A stretch of DNA of 64,000 nt. Origin: Eledone cirrhosa (taxonomy: Eukaryota). The DNA lies in contig OZ024747.1 in assembly GCA_964016885.1 (NCBI GenBank), forward strand, positions 40,672,001-40,736,000. Direction: 5' to 3'. This document shows, in pieces, positions 40,501 to 55,200 of this stretch; the stretch's first letter is position 1, and each line of letters starts with the position of its first letter. The position numbers and the translations under genes are program-made. The notes beneath the pieces are model-generated. The model worked only from the letters and a program-made list of their open reading frames with translations. It had not been told where the DNA came from and made no database searches.

Positions 40501-43500
40501 GTAAGTAAAAAGTAGAGTAAGTGAAAATAGAGTAAGTGAAAAATAGAGTAAGTGAAAAATAGAGTAAGTGAAAAAATAGAGTAAGTAAAAAATAGAGTAA
40601 GTGAAAATTAGAGTAAATGAAAAATAAAGTGAAAAATAGAGTAAGTGAAAAATAGAGTAAGTAAAAAATAGAGTAGGTGAAATATAGAGTAAGTGAAAAA
40701 TAAAGTAAGTGAAAAATAGAGTAAGTGAAAAATAGAGTAAGTGAAAAATAGAGTTAGTGAAAAATAGAGTAAGTGAAAAATAGAGTAAATGAAAAATAGA
40801 GTATATGAAAAATAGAGTAAGTGAAAAATAGAGTAAGTGAAAAAAAGAGTAAGTGAAAATAAGAGTAAGTGAAAAATAGAGTAAGTGAAAAATAGAGTAA
40901 GTGAAAAATAGAGTAAGTGAAAAATAGAGTAAGTGAAAAATAGAGTAAGTGAAAATAAGAGTAAGTGAAAAATAGAGTAAGTGAAAAATAGAGTACGTAA
41001 AAAATAGAGTAAGTAAAAAATAGAGTAAGTGAAAAATAGAGTAAGTGAAAAATAGAGTAAGTGAAAAAATAGAGTAAGTACAAAATATAGTAAGTGAAAA
41101 TTAGAGTAAATGAAAAATAAAGTGAAAAATAGAGTAAGTACAAAATAGAGTAAGTGAAAATTAGAGTAAATGAAAAATAAAGTGAAAAATAGAGTAAGTG
41201 AAAAATAGAGTAAGTGAAAAATAGAGTAAGTGAAAAATAAAGTAAGTGAAAAATAGAGTAAGTTAAAATAAGAGTAAGTGAAAAATAGAGTAAGTGAAAA
41301 ATAGAGTAAGTAAAAAATAGAGCAAGTAAAAAATAGAGTAAGTGAAAAATAGAGTAAGTGAAAAATAGAGTAAGTGAAAAAATAGAGTAAGTACAAAATA
41401 TAGTAAGTGAAAATTAGAGTAAATGAAAAATAAAGTGAAAAATAGAGTAAGTGAAAAATAGAGTAAGTAAAAAATAGAGTAGGTGAAAAATAGAGTAAGT
41501 GAAAAATAAAGTAAGTGAAAAATAGAGTAAGTGAAAAATAGAGTAAGTAAAAAATAGAGTAAGTGAAAAATAGAGTAAGTAAAAAATAGAGTAAGTAAAA
41601 AATAGAGTAAGTTAAAAATAGAGTAAGTAAAAAATAGAGTAAGTGAAAAATAGAGTAAGTAAAAAATAGAGTAAGTGAAAAATAGAGTAAGTGAAAAATA
41701 GAGTAAGTGAAAAATAGAGTTAGTGAAAAATAGAGTAAGTGAAAAATAAAGTAAATGAAAAATAGAGTAAATGAAAGATAGAGTAAGTGAAAAATAGAGT
41801 AAGTGAAAAAAAGAGTAAGTGAAAATAAGAGTAAGTGAAAAATAGAGTAAGTGAAAAGTAGAGTAAGTAAAAAATAGAGTAAGTGAAAAATAGAGTAAGT
41901 GAAAAATAGAGTAAGTGAAAAATAGAATAAGTGAAAAAATAGAGTAAGTACAAAATAGAGTAAGTGAAAATTAGAGTAAATGAAAAATAAAGTGAAAAAT
42001 AGAGTAAGTGAAAGATAGAGTAAGTAAAAAATAGAGTAGGTGAAAAATAGAGTAAGTGAAAAATAAAGTAAGTGAAAAATAGAGTAAGTGAAAAATAGAG
42101 TAAGTGAAAAATAGAGTTAGTGAAAAATAGAGTAAGTGAAAAATAGAGTAAATGAAAAATAGAGTAAATGAAAAATAGAGTAAGTGAAAAATAGAGTAAG
42201 TGAAAAAAAGAGTAAGTGAAAATAAGAGTAAGTGAAAAATAGAGTAAGTGAAAAATAGAGTAAGTGAAAAATAGAGTAAGTGAAAAATAGAGTAAGTGAA
42301 AAATAGAGTAAGTGAAAAAATAGAGTAAGTACAAAATATAGTAAGTGAAAATTAGAGTAAATGAAAAATAAAGTGAAAAATAGAGTAAGTACAAAATAGA
42401 GTAAGTGAAAATTAGAGTAAATGAAAAATAAAGTGAAAAATAGAGTAAGTGAAAAATAGAGTAAGTAAAAAATAGAGTAGGTGAAAAATAGAGTAAGTGA
42501 AAAATAAAGTAAGTGAAAAATAGAGTAAGTGAAAAATAGAGTAAGTGAAAATAAGAGTAAGTGAAAAATAGAGTAAGTGAAAAATAGAGTAAGTAAAAAA
42601 TAGAGTAAGTAAAAAATAGAGTAAGTGAAAAATAGAGTAAGTGAAAAATAGAGTAAGTGAAAAAATAGAGTAAGTACAAAATATAGTAAGTGAAAATTAG
42701 AGTAAATGAAAAATAAAGTGAAAAATAGAGTAAGTGAAAAATAGAGTAAGTAAAAAATAGAGTAGGTGAAAAATAGAGTAAGTGAAAAATAAAGTAAGTG
42801 AAAAATAGAGTAAGTGAAAAATAGAGTAAGTAAAAAATAGAGTAAGTGAAAAATAGAGTAAGTAAAAAATAGAGTAAGTAAAAAATAGAGTAAGTGAAAA
42901 ATAGAGTAAGTAAAAAATAGAGTAAGTGAAAAATAGAGTAAGTAAAAAATAGAGTAAGTGAAAAATAGAGTAAGTGAAAAATAAAGTAAATGAAAAATAG
43001 AGTAAATGAAAGATAGAGTAAGTGAAAAATAGAGTAAGTGAAAAAAAGAGTAAGTGAAAATAAGAGTAAGTGAAAAATAGAGTAAGTGAAAAGTAGACTA
43101 AGTAAAAAATAGAGTAAGTGAAAAATAGAGTAAGTGAAAAATAGAGTAAGTGAAAAATAGAGTAAGTGAAAAAATAGAGTAAGTACAAAATAGAGTAAGT
43201 GAAAATTAGAGTAAATGAAAAATAAAGTGAAAAATAGAGTAAGTGAAAAATAGAGTAAGTAAAAAATAGAGTAGGTGAAAAATAGAGTAAGTGAAAAATA
43301 AAGTAAGTGAAAAATAGAGTAAGTGAAAAATAGAGTAAGTGAAAAATAGAGTTAGTGAAAAATAGAGTAAGTGAAAAATAGAGTAAATGAAAAATAGAGT
43401 AAATGAAAAATAGAGTAAGTGAAAAATAGAGTAAGTGAAAAAAAGAGTAAGTGAAAATAAGAGTAAGTGAAAAATAGAGTAAGTGAAAAATAGAGTAAGT

Positions 43501-46500
43501 GAAAAATAGAGTAAGTGAAAAATAGAGTAAGTGAAAAATAGAGTAAGTGAAAAAATAGAGTAAGTACAAAATAGAGTAAGTAAAAATTAGAGTAAATGAA
43601 AAATAAAGTGAAAAATAGAGTAAGTGAAAAATAGAGTAAGTAAAAAATAGAGTAGGTGAAAAATAGAGTAAGTTAAAAGTAAAGTAAGTGAAAAATAGAG
43701 TAAGTGAAAAATAGAGTAAGTGAAAAATAGAGTAAGTGAAAAATAGAGTTAGTGAAAAATAGAGTAAGTGAAAAATAGAGTAAATGAAAAATAGTGTAAG
43801 TGAAAAATAGATTAAGTGAAAAAAAGAGTAAGTGAAAATAAGAGTAAGTGAAAAATAGAGTAAGTGAAAAGTAGAGTAAGTGAAAAATAGAGTAAGTGAA
43901 AAAATAGAGTAAGTACAAAATATAGTATGTGAAAATTAGAGTAAATGAAAAATAAAGTGAAAAATAGAGTAAGTGAAAAATAGAGTAAGTAAAAAATAGA
44001 GTAGGTGAAAAATAGAGTAACTGAAAAATAAAGTAAGTGAAAAATAGAGTAAGTGAAAAATAGAGTAAGTGAAAAATAGAGTAAGTGAAAAATAGAGTAA
44101 ATGAAAAATAGAGTAAGTGAAAATTAGCGTCAGTAAAAAATAGAGTAAGTGAAAAATAGCGTAAGTAAAAAATAGAGTAAGTGAAAAAATAGAGTAAGTA
44201 CAAAATAGAGTAAGTGAAAATTAGTGTAAATGAAAAATAAAGTGAAAAATAGAGTAGGTGAAAAATAGAGTAAGTGAAAAGTAGAGTAAGTAAAAAATAG
44301 AGTAAGTGAAAAATAGAGTAAGTGAAAAATAGAGTAAGTAAAAAATATAGTAAGTGAAAATAGAGTAAGTAAAAAATAGAGTAAGTGAAAATAGAGTAAG
44401 TAAAAAATAGAGTAAGTGAAAAATAGAGTAAGTAAAAAATAGAGTAAGTGAAAAATAGAGTAAGTAAAAAATAGAGTAAGTAAAAAATAGAGTAAGTAAA
44501 AAATAGAGTAAGTAAAAAATAGAGTAAGTGAAAAATAGAGTAAGTAAAAAATATAGTAAGTGAAAATAGAGTAAGTAAAAAGTAGAGTAAGTGAAAATAG
44601 AGTAAGTGAAAAATAGAGTAAGTGAAAAATAGGCTAAGTGAAAAATAGAGTAAGTGAAAAATAGAGTAAGTAAAAAATAGAGTAAGTGAAAAATAGAGTA
44701 AGTAAAAAATAGAGTAAGTAAAAAATAGAGTAAGTAAAAAATATAGTAAGTGAAAATAGAGTAAGTAAAAAGTAGAGTAAGTGAAAATAGAGTAAGTGAA
44801 AAATAGAGTAAGTGAAAAAATAGAGTAAGTAAAAAATAGAGTAAGTGAAAATTAGAGTAAATGAAAAATAAAGTGAAAAATAGAGTAAATGAAAAATAGA
44901 GTAAGTAAAAAATAGAGTAGGTGAAAAATAGAGTAAGTGAAAAATAAAGTAAGTAAAAAATAGAGTAAGTGAAAAATAGAGTAAGTGAAAAATAGAGTTA
45001 GTGAAAAATAGAGTAAGTGAAAAATAGAGTAAATGAAAAATAGAGTAAATGAAAAATAGAGTAAGTGAAAAATAGAGTAAGTGAAAAAAAGAGTAAGTGA
45101 AAATAAGAGTAAGTGAAAAATAGAGTAAGTGAAAAATAGAGTAAGTGAAAAATAGAGTAAGTGAAAAATAGAGTAAGTGAAAAATAGAGTAAGTGAAAAA
45201 TAGAGTAAGTGAAAATAAGAGTAAGTGAAAAATAGAGTAAGTGAAAAATAGAGTAAGTAAAAAATAGAGTAAGTAAAAAATAGAGTAAGTGAAAAATAGA
45301 GTAAGTGAAAAATAGAGTAAGTGAAAAATAGAGTAAGTACAAAATATAGTAAGTGAAAATTAGAGTAAATGAAAAATAAAGTGAAAAATAGAGTAAGTAC
45401 AAAATAGAGTAAGTGAAAATTAGAGTAAATGAAAAATAAAGTGAAAAATAGAGTAAGTGAAAAATAGAGTAAGTAAAAAATAGAGTAGGTGAAAAATAGA
45501 GTAAGTGAAAAGTAAAGTAAGTGAAAAATAGAGTAAGTGAAAAATAGAGTAAGTGAAAATAAGAGTAAGTGAAAAATAGAGTAAGTGAAAAATAGAGTAA
45601 GTAAAAAATAGAGTAAGTAAAAAATAGAGTAAGTGAAAAATAGAGTAAGTGAAAAATAGAGTAAGTGAAAAAATAGAGTAAGTACAAAATATAGTAAGTG
45701 AAAATTAGAGTAAATGAAAAATAAAGTGAAAAATAGAGTAAGTGAAAAATAGAGTAAGTAAAAAATAGAGTAGGTGAAAAATAGAGTAAGTGAAAAATAG
45801 AGTAAGTGAAAAATAGAGTAAGTGAAAAAATAGAGTAAGTACAAAATATAGTATGTGAAAATTAGAGTAAATGAAAAATAAAGTGAAAAATAGAGTAAGT
45901 GAAAAATAGAGTAAGTAAAAAATAGAGTAGGTGAAAAATAGAGTAACTGAAAAATAAAGTAAGTGAAAAATAGAGTAAGTGAAAAATAGAGTAAGTGAAA
46001 AATAGAGTAAGTGAAAAATAGAGTAAATGAAAAATAGAGTAAGTGAAAATTAGCGTCAGTAAAAAATAGAGTAAGTGAAAAATAGCGTAAGTAAAAAATA
46101 GAGTAAGTGAAAAAATAGAGTAAGTACAAAATAGAGTAAGTGAAAATTAGTGTAAATGAAAAAGAAAGTGAAAAATAGAGTAAGTGAAAAATAGAGTAAG
46201 TAAAAAATAGAGTAGGTGAAAAATAGAGTAAGTGAAAAGTAGAGTAAGTAAAAAATAGAGTAAGTGAAAAATAGAGTAAGTGAAAAATAGAGTAAGTAAA
46301 AAATATAGTAAGTGAAAATAGAGTAAGTAAAAAATAGAGTAAGTGAAAATAGAGTAAGTAAAAAATAGAGTAAGTGAAAAATAGAGTAAGTAAAAAATAG
46401 AGTAAGTGAAAAATAGAGTAAGTAAAAAATAGAGTAAGTGATAAATAGAGTAAGTAAAAAATAGAGTAAGTAAAAAATAGAGTAAGTAAAAAATAGAGTA

Positions 46501-48769
46501 AGTAAAAAATAGAGTAAGTGAAAAATAGAGTAAGTAAAAAATATAGTAAGTGAAAATAGAGTAAGTAAAAAGTAGAGTAAGTGAAAATAGAGTAAGTGAA
46601 AAATAGAGTAAGTGAAAAAATAGAGTAAGTAAAAAATAGAGTAAGTGAAAATTAGAGTAAATGAAAAATAAAGTGAAAAATAGAGTAAGTGAAAAATAGA
46701 GTAAGTAAAAAATAGAGTAGGTGAAAAATAGAGTAAGTGAAAAATAAAGTAAGTAAAAAATAGAGTAAGTGAAAAATAGAGTAAGTGAAAAATAGAGTTA
46801 GTGAAAAATAGAGTAAGTGAAAAATAGAGTAAATGAAAAATAGAGTAAATGAAAAATAGAGTAAGTGAAAAATAGAGTAAGTGAAAAAAGAGTAAGTGAA
46901 AATAAGAGTAAGTGAAAAATAGAGTAAGTGAAAAATAGAGTAAGTGAAAAATAGAGTAAGTGAAAAATAGAGTAAGTGAAAAATAGAGTAAGTGAAAAAT
47001 AGAGTAAGTGAAAATAAGAGTAAGTGAAAAATAGAGTAAGTGAAAAATAGAGTAAGTAAAAAATAGAGTAAGTAAAAAATAGAGTAAGTGAAAAATAGAG
47101 TAAGTGAAAAATAGAGTAAGTGAAAAAATAGAGTAAGTACAAAATATAGTAAGTGAAAATTAGAGTAAATGAAAAATAAAGTGAAAAATAGAGTAAGTAC
47201 AAAATAGAGTAAGTGAAAATTAGAGTAAATGAAAAATAAAGTGAAAAATAGAGTAAGTGAAAAATAGAGTAAGTAAAAAATAGAGTAGGTGAAAAATAGA
47301 GTAAGTGAAAAGTAAAGTAAGTGAAAAATAGAGTAAGTGAAAAATAGTGTAAGTGAAAATAAGAGTAAGTGAAAAATAGAGTAAGTGAAAAATAGAGTAA
47401 GTAAAAAATAGAGTAAGTAAAAAATAGAGTAAGTGAAAAATAGAGTAAGTGAAAAATAGAGTAAGTGAAAAAATAGAGTAAGTACAAAATATAGTAAGTG
47501 AAAATTAGAGTAAATGAAAAATAAAGTGAAAAATAGAGTAAGTGAAAAATAGAGTAAGTAAAAAATAGAGTAGGTGAAAAATAGAGTAAGTGAAAAATAA
47601 AGTAAGTGAAAAATAGAGTAAGTGAAAAATAGAGTAAGTGAAAAATAGAGTAAGTGAAAACTAGAGTAAGTGAAAAATAGAGTAAATGAAAAATAGAGTA
47701 AGTGAAAATTAGCGTAAGTAAAAAATAGAGTAAGTGAAAAATAGCGTAAGTAAAAAATAGAGTAAGTGAAAAAATAGAGTAAGTACAAAATAGAGTAAGT
47801 GAAAATTAGTGTAAATGAAAAATAAAGTGAAAAATAGAGTAAGTGAAAAATAGAGTAAGTAAAAAATAGAGTAGGTGAAAAATAGAGTAAGTGAAAAGTA
47901 GAGTAAGTAAAAAATAGAGTAAGTGAAAAATAGAGTAAGTGAAAAATAGAGTAAGTAAAAAATATAGTAAGTGAAAATAGAGTAAGTAAAAAATAGAGTA
48001 AGTGAAAAATAGAGTAAGTCAAAAATAGAGTAAGTAAAAAATAGAGTAAGTGAAAAATAGAGTAAGTAAAAAATAGAGTAAGTGAAAAATAGAGTAAGTC
48101 AAAAATAGAGTAAGTAAAAAATAGAGTAAGTAAAAAACATAGTAAGTGAAAATAGAGTAAGTAAAAAGTAGAGTAAGTGAAAATAGAGTAAGTTGAAAAT
48201 AGAGTAAGTGAAAAATAGGGTAAGTGAAAAATAGAGTAAGTGAAAAATAGAGTAAGTAAAAAATAGAGTAAGTGAAAAATAGAGTAAGTAAAAAATAGAG
48301 TAAGTAAAAAATAGAGTAAGTGAAAAATAGAGTAAGTAAAAAATAGAGTAAGTGAAAAATAGAGTAAGTAAAAAATAGAGTAAGTGAAAAATAGAGTAAG
48401 TGAAAAATAGAGTAAGTGAAAAATAGAGTAAGTGAAAAATAGAGTAAGTGAAAAATAGAGTTAGTGAAAAATAGAGTAAGTGAAAAATAGAGTAATTGAA
48501 AAATAGAGTAAATGAAAAATAGAGTAAGTGAAAAATAGAGTAAGTGAAAAAAAGAGTAAGTGAAAATAAGAGTAAGTGAAAAATAGAGTAAGTGAAAAAT
48601 AGAGTAAGTAAAAAATAGAGTAAGTAAAAAATAGAGTAAGTGAAAAATAGAGTAAGGAAAAAATAGAGTAAGTGAAAACTAGTGAAGTGAAAAATAGAGT
48701 AAGTGAAAAATAGAGTAAGTAAAAAATAGAGTAAGTGAAAAATAGAGTAAGTAAAAAATAGAGTAAGTC
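37520..48769 (+). repeat. 11.2-kb tandem satellite, 16-bp monomer GAAAAATAGAGTAAGT (roughly 700 units)
   Basis: Read directly. Has 15/17-bp and AAAAAATAGAGTAAGT variants, and recurrent variant blocks give higher-order structure. Confidence 0.97.
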
Positions 48770-49297
48770 AGATTTATTATCGAAAGGTAGGAAGATGAAT
48801 TAGCTACAAGATTTGCTGGATCAGGTGTAATAATTGTTTCTACTTTTGGCACAAGGCCAGCAATTATCCAGTGCTTACTGGTACTTTATTTTATAGACCC
48901 TGTAAGGATGAAAGGCAAAGTTAACCTCGGCGGGATCAGGTTTAATAATTGTTTCTATTTTTGGCATAAGGCCAGCAAAAAAATTCTGCTATAATTCATA
49001 CTTTAGGGAAAATACAGTTATCCTATTTTAATGATAAAATAATTTGTAATATGTACCACAATATTATTACGTTCATAAAATACACTGTCACGTACCTCTG
49101 CTAGTTTTATATAATTTTAATGTTCCAACGCATTCGAGATAGCTGGACATTAGAAGAGTCTTAAGAGAAGATGTCCCCACTCACCCCAAGCAAATGTTTA
49201 GTCCCTTAACTCCTTACATTGTAAGGAGGCCGGACCGGCCTATTTTTGCTGATGCATTTTAATCACTACGATATCAGAGACTTGTGTGCTTTTAAAC

Positions 49298-49583
49298 CAG
49301 GCATGGGCAACCTTTTTCGAGAAGCCGGTCGCATGAGATATGGTTCATCATCAGGCGGCCTTAAGCGCTAATTTACATTCGTGCCCACATTAAAAAGAAG
49401 GGCGGTAACTCAGGTTGTTTTGATTTGTTTCTTCAGAATTCGTACAGGCTGTTTTCCTCGATCGTAAAAATGATAGATAAATTACGACTGAAAAGTTGGG
49501 GTAAAAAAATCAGAAAGATTTCACTTAGGTGACTTAGGCGAGCCATTCAGAAAGCTTCGCGGGCCGCAGGTTTCCCGTGACTG
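49298..49583. mobile_element. hAT-Charlie-type MITE
   Basis: TIRs CAGGCATGGGCAACC / GGTTTCCCGTGACTG. TSD TTTTAAAC / TCTTAAAC (7/8 match). Confidence 0.75.
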
Positions 49584-49930
49584 TCTTAAACCGTACGGAG
49601 TTCGCTTTTGTTCCTCCTCCACCAGATCAAGCTTGAGCGCCAGTCCTCTGACATTCATTCGGCCATTGGTCTTTCTATTATGCGCAGAAGCAGAAATGTC
49701 ATTATTGTTCCAGTGATGGAAGTGGGATTTGAAATCAGCATCCAGGGTGTCGAAACAGACACCTCAAAGAATCTCATTTAACAATTTGGCCAATCCACCA
49801 ACCCTGGACTTATACTTTATTTACCATCTCCGAAGGGATGAAATGCAAAGTTACCCCGTGGCGGCATTTCAATTTAGAGCTCAGACATTTAATCCGAAAC
49901 TTTAACGTCTCTGCCAGTTCGCCGCCCTTG

Positions 49931-49990
<60 letters not shown>

Positions 49991-49994
<4 letters not shown>

Positions 49995-50565
49995 CGTTTC
50001 TGAATTTGTTTAGCAAGATTCTTTATCTGAAATCGTGTGTTGAAACCGATATTGTTATACTTTGGGAGGGTCATGTTGCCAATAAGAAACACACGCACCA
50101 GTTGCTTTCACTTCAATTTAATTTATTATATATTTATAAATTTCCAAATTTATAAATTTCTGGTTGGTTGGTTGGTTGGTTCCACAACCAGATAGTTGTT
50201 TATATATATATAGTCATAGTTCTTTCGTCACACACTCTGTGACCTCTTCAGTGACTGGGGATTTCTTTCTTCGTTTCTGTGCCTTTCCTTTCTTCTATCC
50301 TACGCCATTTTGTTTGTGTGGCACACAAACAAAATGGCGTAGGATAGAAGAAAGGAAAGGCACAGAAACGAAGAAAGAAATCCCCAGTCACTGAAGAGGT
50401 CACAGAGTGTGTGGCGAAAGAACTATGACTATATATATATAAACAACTATCTGGTTGTGGAACCAACCAACCAGAAATTTATAAATATATAATAAATTAA
50501 ATTGAAGTGAAAGCTACTGGTGCGTGTGTTTCTTATTGGCAACATGACCCTCCCAAAGTATAACA

Positions 50566-50567
<2 letters not shown>
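49991..50567. mobile_element. Family B fold-back with two opposed hammerheads
   Basis: Arms 50051-50320 and 50322-50567 centred on G50321. 60-bp one-sided tail at 49991-50050. (TA)n flanks. Confidence 0.85.
50386..50430 (+). ncRNA. Type I hammerhead ribozyme (family B); mirror copy 50212-50256 on minus
   Basis: agtca-CTGAAGA-g gtcaca gagtg tgtggc-GAAA-gaac-TA-tgact. Confidence 0.8.
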
Positions 50568-50598
<31 letters not shown>

Positions 50599-50609
50599 AT
50601 GAAATATAA

Positions 50610-50654
<45 letters not shown>

Positions 50655-50655
50655 T

Positions 50656-50740
<85 letters not shown>

Positions 50741-50741
<1 letters not shown>

Positions 50742-51892
50742 TCCTTTTGTAGAGTTTTTTACAGAATGTATTTGACTGCTATTTCTTGTAAATAAACATT
50801 CACTTTCATCCTGACGTCACTAGCCCCGTTTTTCCTCATGTGCTTTTTCATAATTACACATGATGGCGAACTAGCCAGTTTTAGAATTCCCCTTTTCGGA
50901 TTATAATACTGTGAGAGCCCTAGTTTCTGTTGAGCTCTGCTGACGATTGCAATCCAACCGTGACCATCTCCACTGAAAGTGTTCATGAAATAGTCTTTTA
51001 AGACTATACAGAGCATTTGATGTTATTCCAAATTGAAGAATAAGTGTTTTAAACTTTATTTTATCATGAGTTAAAGGTCTATTGATTTTTCCTGGATTTC
51101 ACTAAATTCTGTGGATGAATTTATATCTTGATTCTCTTTTGAGATGAGTTTGAATTATTTTTCCTAAATCTTACGTTAACTACTTTTCCCATCTTGACGT
51201 TATAGTCGCATATATGTTATAGAATACTATTAGCTTCTCGCTAAAACAATCTCTATACCTCTCATTTATACTTATACTCGGATTCTTTTCCTAGAGTGCT
51301 TAAACTATCTGTGACTAATCCCGGTTTTTTTATAAAAACTGTGATAATTATTGCTATTTGCTGAACTCCTTTTGTAGAGTTTTTTTCAGAATGTATTTGA
51401 CTGCTATTTCTTGTAAATAAACATTCACTTTCATCCTGACGTCACTAGCCCCGTTTTTCCTCATGTGCTTTTTCATAATTACACATGATGGCGAACTAGC
51501 CAGTTTTAGAATTCCCTTTTTCGGATTATAATACTGTGAGAGCCCTAGTTTCTGTTGAGCTCTGCTGACGATTGAAATCCAACCGTGACCATCTCCACTG
51601 AAAGTTTTCATGAAATAGTCTTTTAAGACTATACAGAGCATTTGATGTTATTCCAAATTAAAGGATAAGTGTTTTAAACTTTATTTTATCATGAGTTAAA
51701 GGTCTATTGATTTTACCCTGGATTTCACTGAATTCTGTGGATGAATTTATATCCTGATTCTCTTTTGAGATGAGTTTGAATTATTTTTCCTAAATCTTAC
51801 GTTAACTACTTTTCCCATCTTGACGTTATAGTCGCATATATGTTATAGAATACTATTAGCTTCTCGCTAAAACAATCTCTATACCTCTCATT
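50741..51892. repeat. Tandem duplication, ~625-bp unit (about 1.85 copies)
   Basis: 50741-51266 is nearly identical to 51366-51892; the same short minus ORF appears in both copies. Confidence 0.9.
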
Positions 51893-51918
51893 GCCTCTCC
51901 TTTGTTCTGTCCTACGCC

Positions 51919-52362
<444 letters not shown>

Positions 52363-52375
52363 TATTATATATGTA

Positions 52376-52421
<46 letters not shown>

Positions 52422-52430
52422 TATATATAC

Positions 52431-52469
<39 letters not shown>

Positions 52470-52473
52470 GTAC

Positions 52474-52541
<68 letters not shown>

Positions 52542-52910
52542 GTACATATATAAGTACATATTATATATATATATATACATATTATATATATATATATATA
52601 TATGCATATATATATATCAATGAAATATATTTCTTACTTAAAGAAATATATACAAAGGAGATTAATCATTTTAAAAGGTATCTATATTTGAAGTTCTAGT
52701 CAAACTTTAATTAGTTACCTACCTAGCTATGTGTGCCTACATTCTCTACAAATTATTCCCTGTGATTGTTTCATGTATTTATTTTATATATATATATATG
52801 TCAATCTACTTTTAGTTGATATGTAATGCTCGGATCTAATTTTTGAGCTTATTCTACGGTGGACATGGCGCATGTCACTCAGACATGACAACCCTTAATT
52901 TGAATTTTGG

Positions 52911-52973
<63 letters not shown>

Positions 52974-53024
52974 ATATATATAAGAAAGAACTTCGTTAGA
53001 CATCTATATATATATAAATATCTA

Positions 53025-53094
<70 letters not shown>

Positions 53095-53193
53095 AAAGAA
53101 CTTTGTTAGACATCTATATATATATAAATATCTATATATAAATATATATATATATATATATAAATATATATAAATATATGTATAAATGTCTAT

Positions 53194-55200
53194 ATCCGCC
53201 CATTGTTCTTCGGTGCGAAGCTATTTGGTCTCAACAAGCCCAACGGTTGGCTGCACCCTTCGCCGCCTCACTGCAAAGGCGTGTTTGTTATCGGTCTCCG
53301 ACTCACTGGCGGAGGAATTTTCCCCATCCAGCTGGGAGTGGGTACCAAGTTGGGATGTAAGGCTGCTGCCCACGCTACCAGAGCCTTTACCAACTTCCCT
53401 CCTCGCCCCCAAGGTCATCCTCAAACTTGACCTCAGGAATGATTTCAACTCTGTCAGGCGCGAAGTCGTCCTCGGCTCAGTAAGAGAGAGAGAGTCCCAC
53501 AACTCTACCATTTTGCTTGGCAGGCTTATCCTACCTCTCTTTCGGTGACCAAATCATCACCTCTGCCTCAGGAGTCCAACAGGACGACCCACTCGGGTCC
53601 GCTCTGTTTGCACTGGGTATTGATGACGTCACCAAGATTGGGGTTGAGTTGGACTTCCATGTCTGGTACCTCGACGTCGCTTGTTTGGAGGGAACTCCGG
53701 ATATGGTTCTCGCCACTGCCAACAAAATGGTTGAGGAGCTTGGCCGCCGGGTCTCCAAGTCAATAGCTCCAAATATGAGCTCCGGATCCTTAACCACCCG
53801 GTTTCTCAACACCAACAGCTAATCGACTTGTTTACAGAGTCCTTCCCTTCCATTGCAGTCCCCCCTCCCCCGTCGGCTTGGTGCTCCTTAGGAGCCCCAA
53901 TCACAGACCTTGCCTTCGAGTCAATCTTCCAATCGAAGATGGTTGGCCTTGAGTAGCTGCTGAAGAATATTGAAGTTATCGAACCCCATCAAAGTTTCTT
54001 GATACTCAAGAACTACCTGTCTATTCCCAAGCTTCTGTATCTGCTCAGGGTCAGCCCCTCTCACAGATTTCCGCCCTGCCTCCAACGCTTCGACAACCTA
54101 ATATTCGAGAGACTCGAGTGCCTGGTCAATGTTAGACTCTCTCCAGAGTCCCGCGATCAGGCTGTGTTTCCCAAGCGATTTGGGGGTCTTGGTCTTCGTA
54201 AGTGTTCGTCCCTCTCTCTCCCCTGTTTCCTTTTCTCCACCCACGCTTGCTCCACCCTGGTGAGCAGCATCCTCTCCTCTCCAACATGGACTAGTTTCAA
54301 CAGGGAGTCGGGTGAAGCTCTCCAGCAATGGAGTGTGTTGGGATTGTCTCTTCCTGAGAAGGTGGAGGACAGTCGAAGTCAGAGAACTTGAGACAGCATA
54401 AATTCGAAGGCCACCTTCGACTCCCTCTTCGTCCAATCAGATCAGTTTACAAGGTGCCGCTTACTATCTGCCAGCGCCAAATACTCAGGTGACTGAGTTG
54501 ATGCCCTACCCGTGGCCAACGTTGGTGGCCTACTCAGCCTGGACGAACTTCGTGTCTCCATCGCCCTCAGAGTGGGAGCTGACGTCTGCATGGGTTTGAG
54601 GTGCCGATGCGGCAAAGCCCTCGACTCCACAGGCCTCCACGGTCTTTCTTGCCGTCACACGGAGCTGAACTTCATTCTCAAGAGAGATTGGGCCCCTCAA
54701 TCTTGGAACCATCTGGGTTGTCCAGATGTGACGGCAAAAGACCTGACGGCCTTATCCTGTGCCCCTGGTCGAGAGGCAGGACCCTTGTCTGGGACGTCAC
54801 TGTTAGTGACTCTTTTGCTCTTTCCCACATCCTTGATGTTGCGGTTAGGACGAGAGCCACAGATTACGCAGTCGAGCGGAGTAAGACCCTCAAATACTCT
54901 GATCTGTCGGCTAGCTACATTTTTCAGCCTGTGGCTTTCGAGACGTTTGGGGGAGTCGGGCCGCTGACTGCGAGATTTCTCTCTTCACTGGCGGCTCGCC
55001 TAATGGCGAATCTCGCGAGGGCGCTTGTTTGTTCCAGCTCATTAGCCTCGCCATCACCCGAGGCAACGTTGCCAGTGTGCTGGCTTGCCTAAAAAATCAT
55101 TAGAGAGGTTGCCCAGTAATCCTCGTTGCTGTCTTTTGCTCTGGTGTTGGCTCCGTTGTTCACCCGTTCCTTTACATTTTCTTTTATATTGAAACATTAA
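53194..55200 (+). mobile_element. Degenerate CRE-like non-LTR retrotransposon (RT + restriction-like endonuclease)
   Basis: QLGVG..GC..AAH, LKLDLRNDFNSV.R, GVQQDDPLG..LF, WYLD, P.RFGGLG, C.CG..H.LSC, KRPDG..W..GR.LVWDVT, F.P.AFETFG. Frameshifted. Confidence 0.85.

Noticed and set aside
37693-48022. Hydrophobic ORFs up to 654 aa (TYSIFHLLYFSLTLFF repeats)
   Set aside because: The minus strand of the 16-bp satellite has no stops in any frame. The 16-aa period is three monomers and frames shift freely.
37520-48769. Satellite as CRISPR array or telomere
   Set aside because: No unique spacers, no cas genes, eukaryotic context, and the unit is not TTAGGG-like.
50930-50995. CTGACGA...GAAA in the 625-bp unit
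   Set aside because: No supporting stem I or stem II pairing.
52980-53140. Duplicated AAGAAAGAACTT(C/T)GTTAGACATCT within TA
   Set aside because: Simple local slippage duplication; no further structure.
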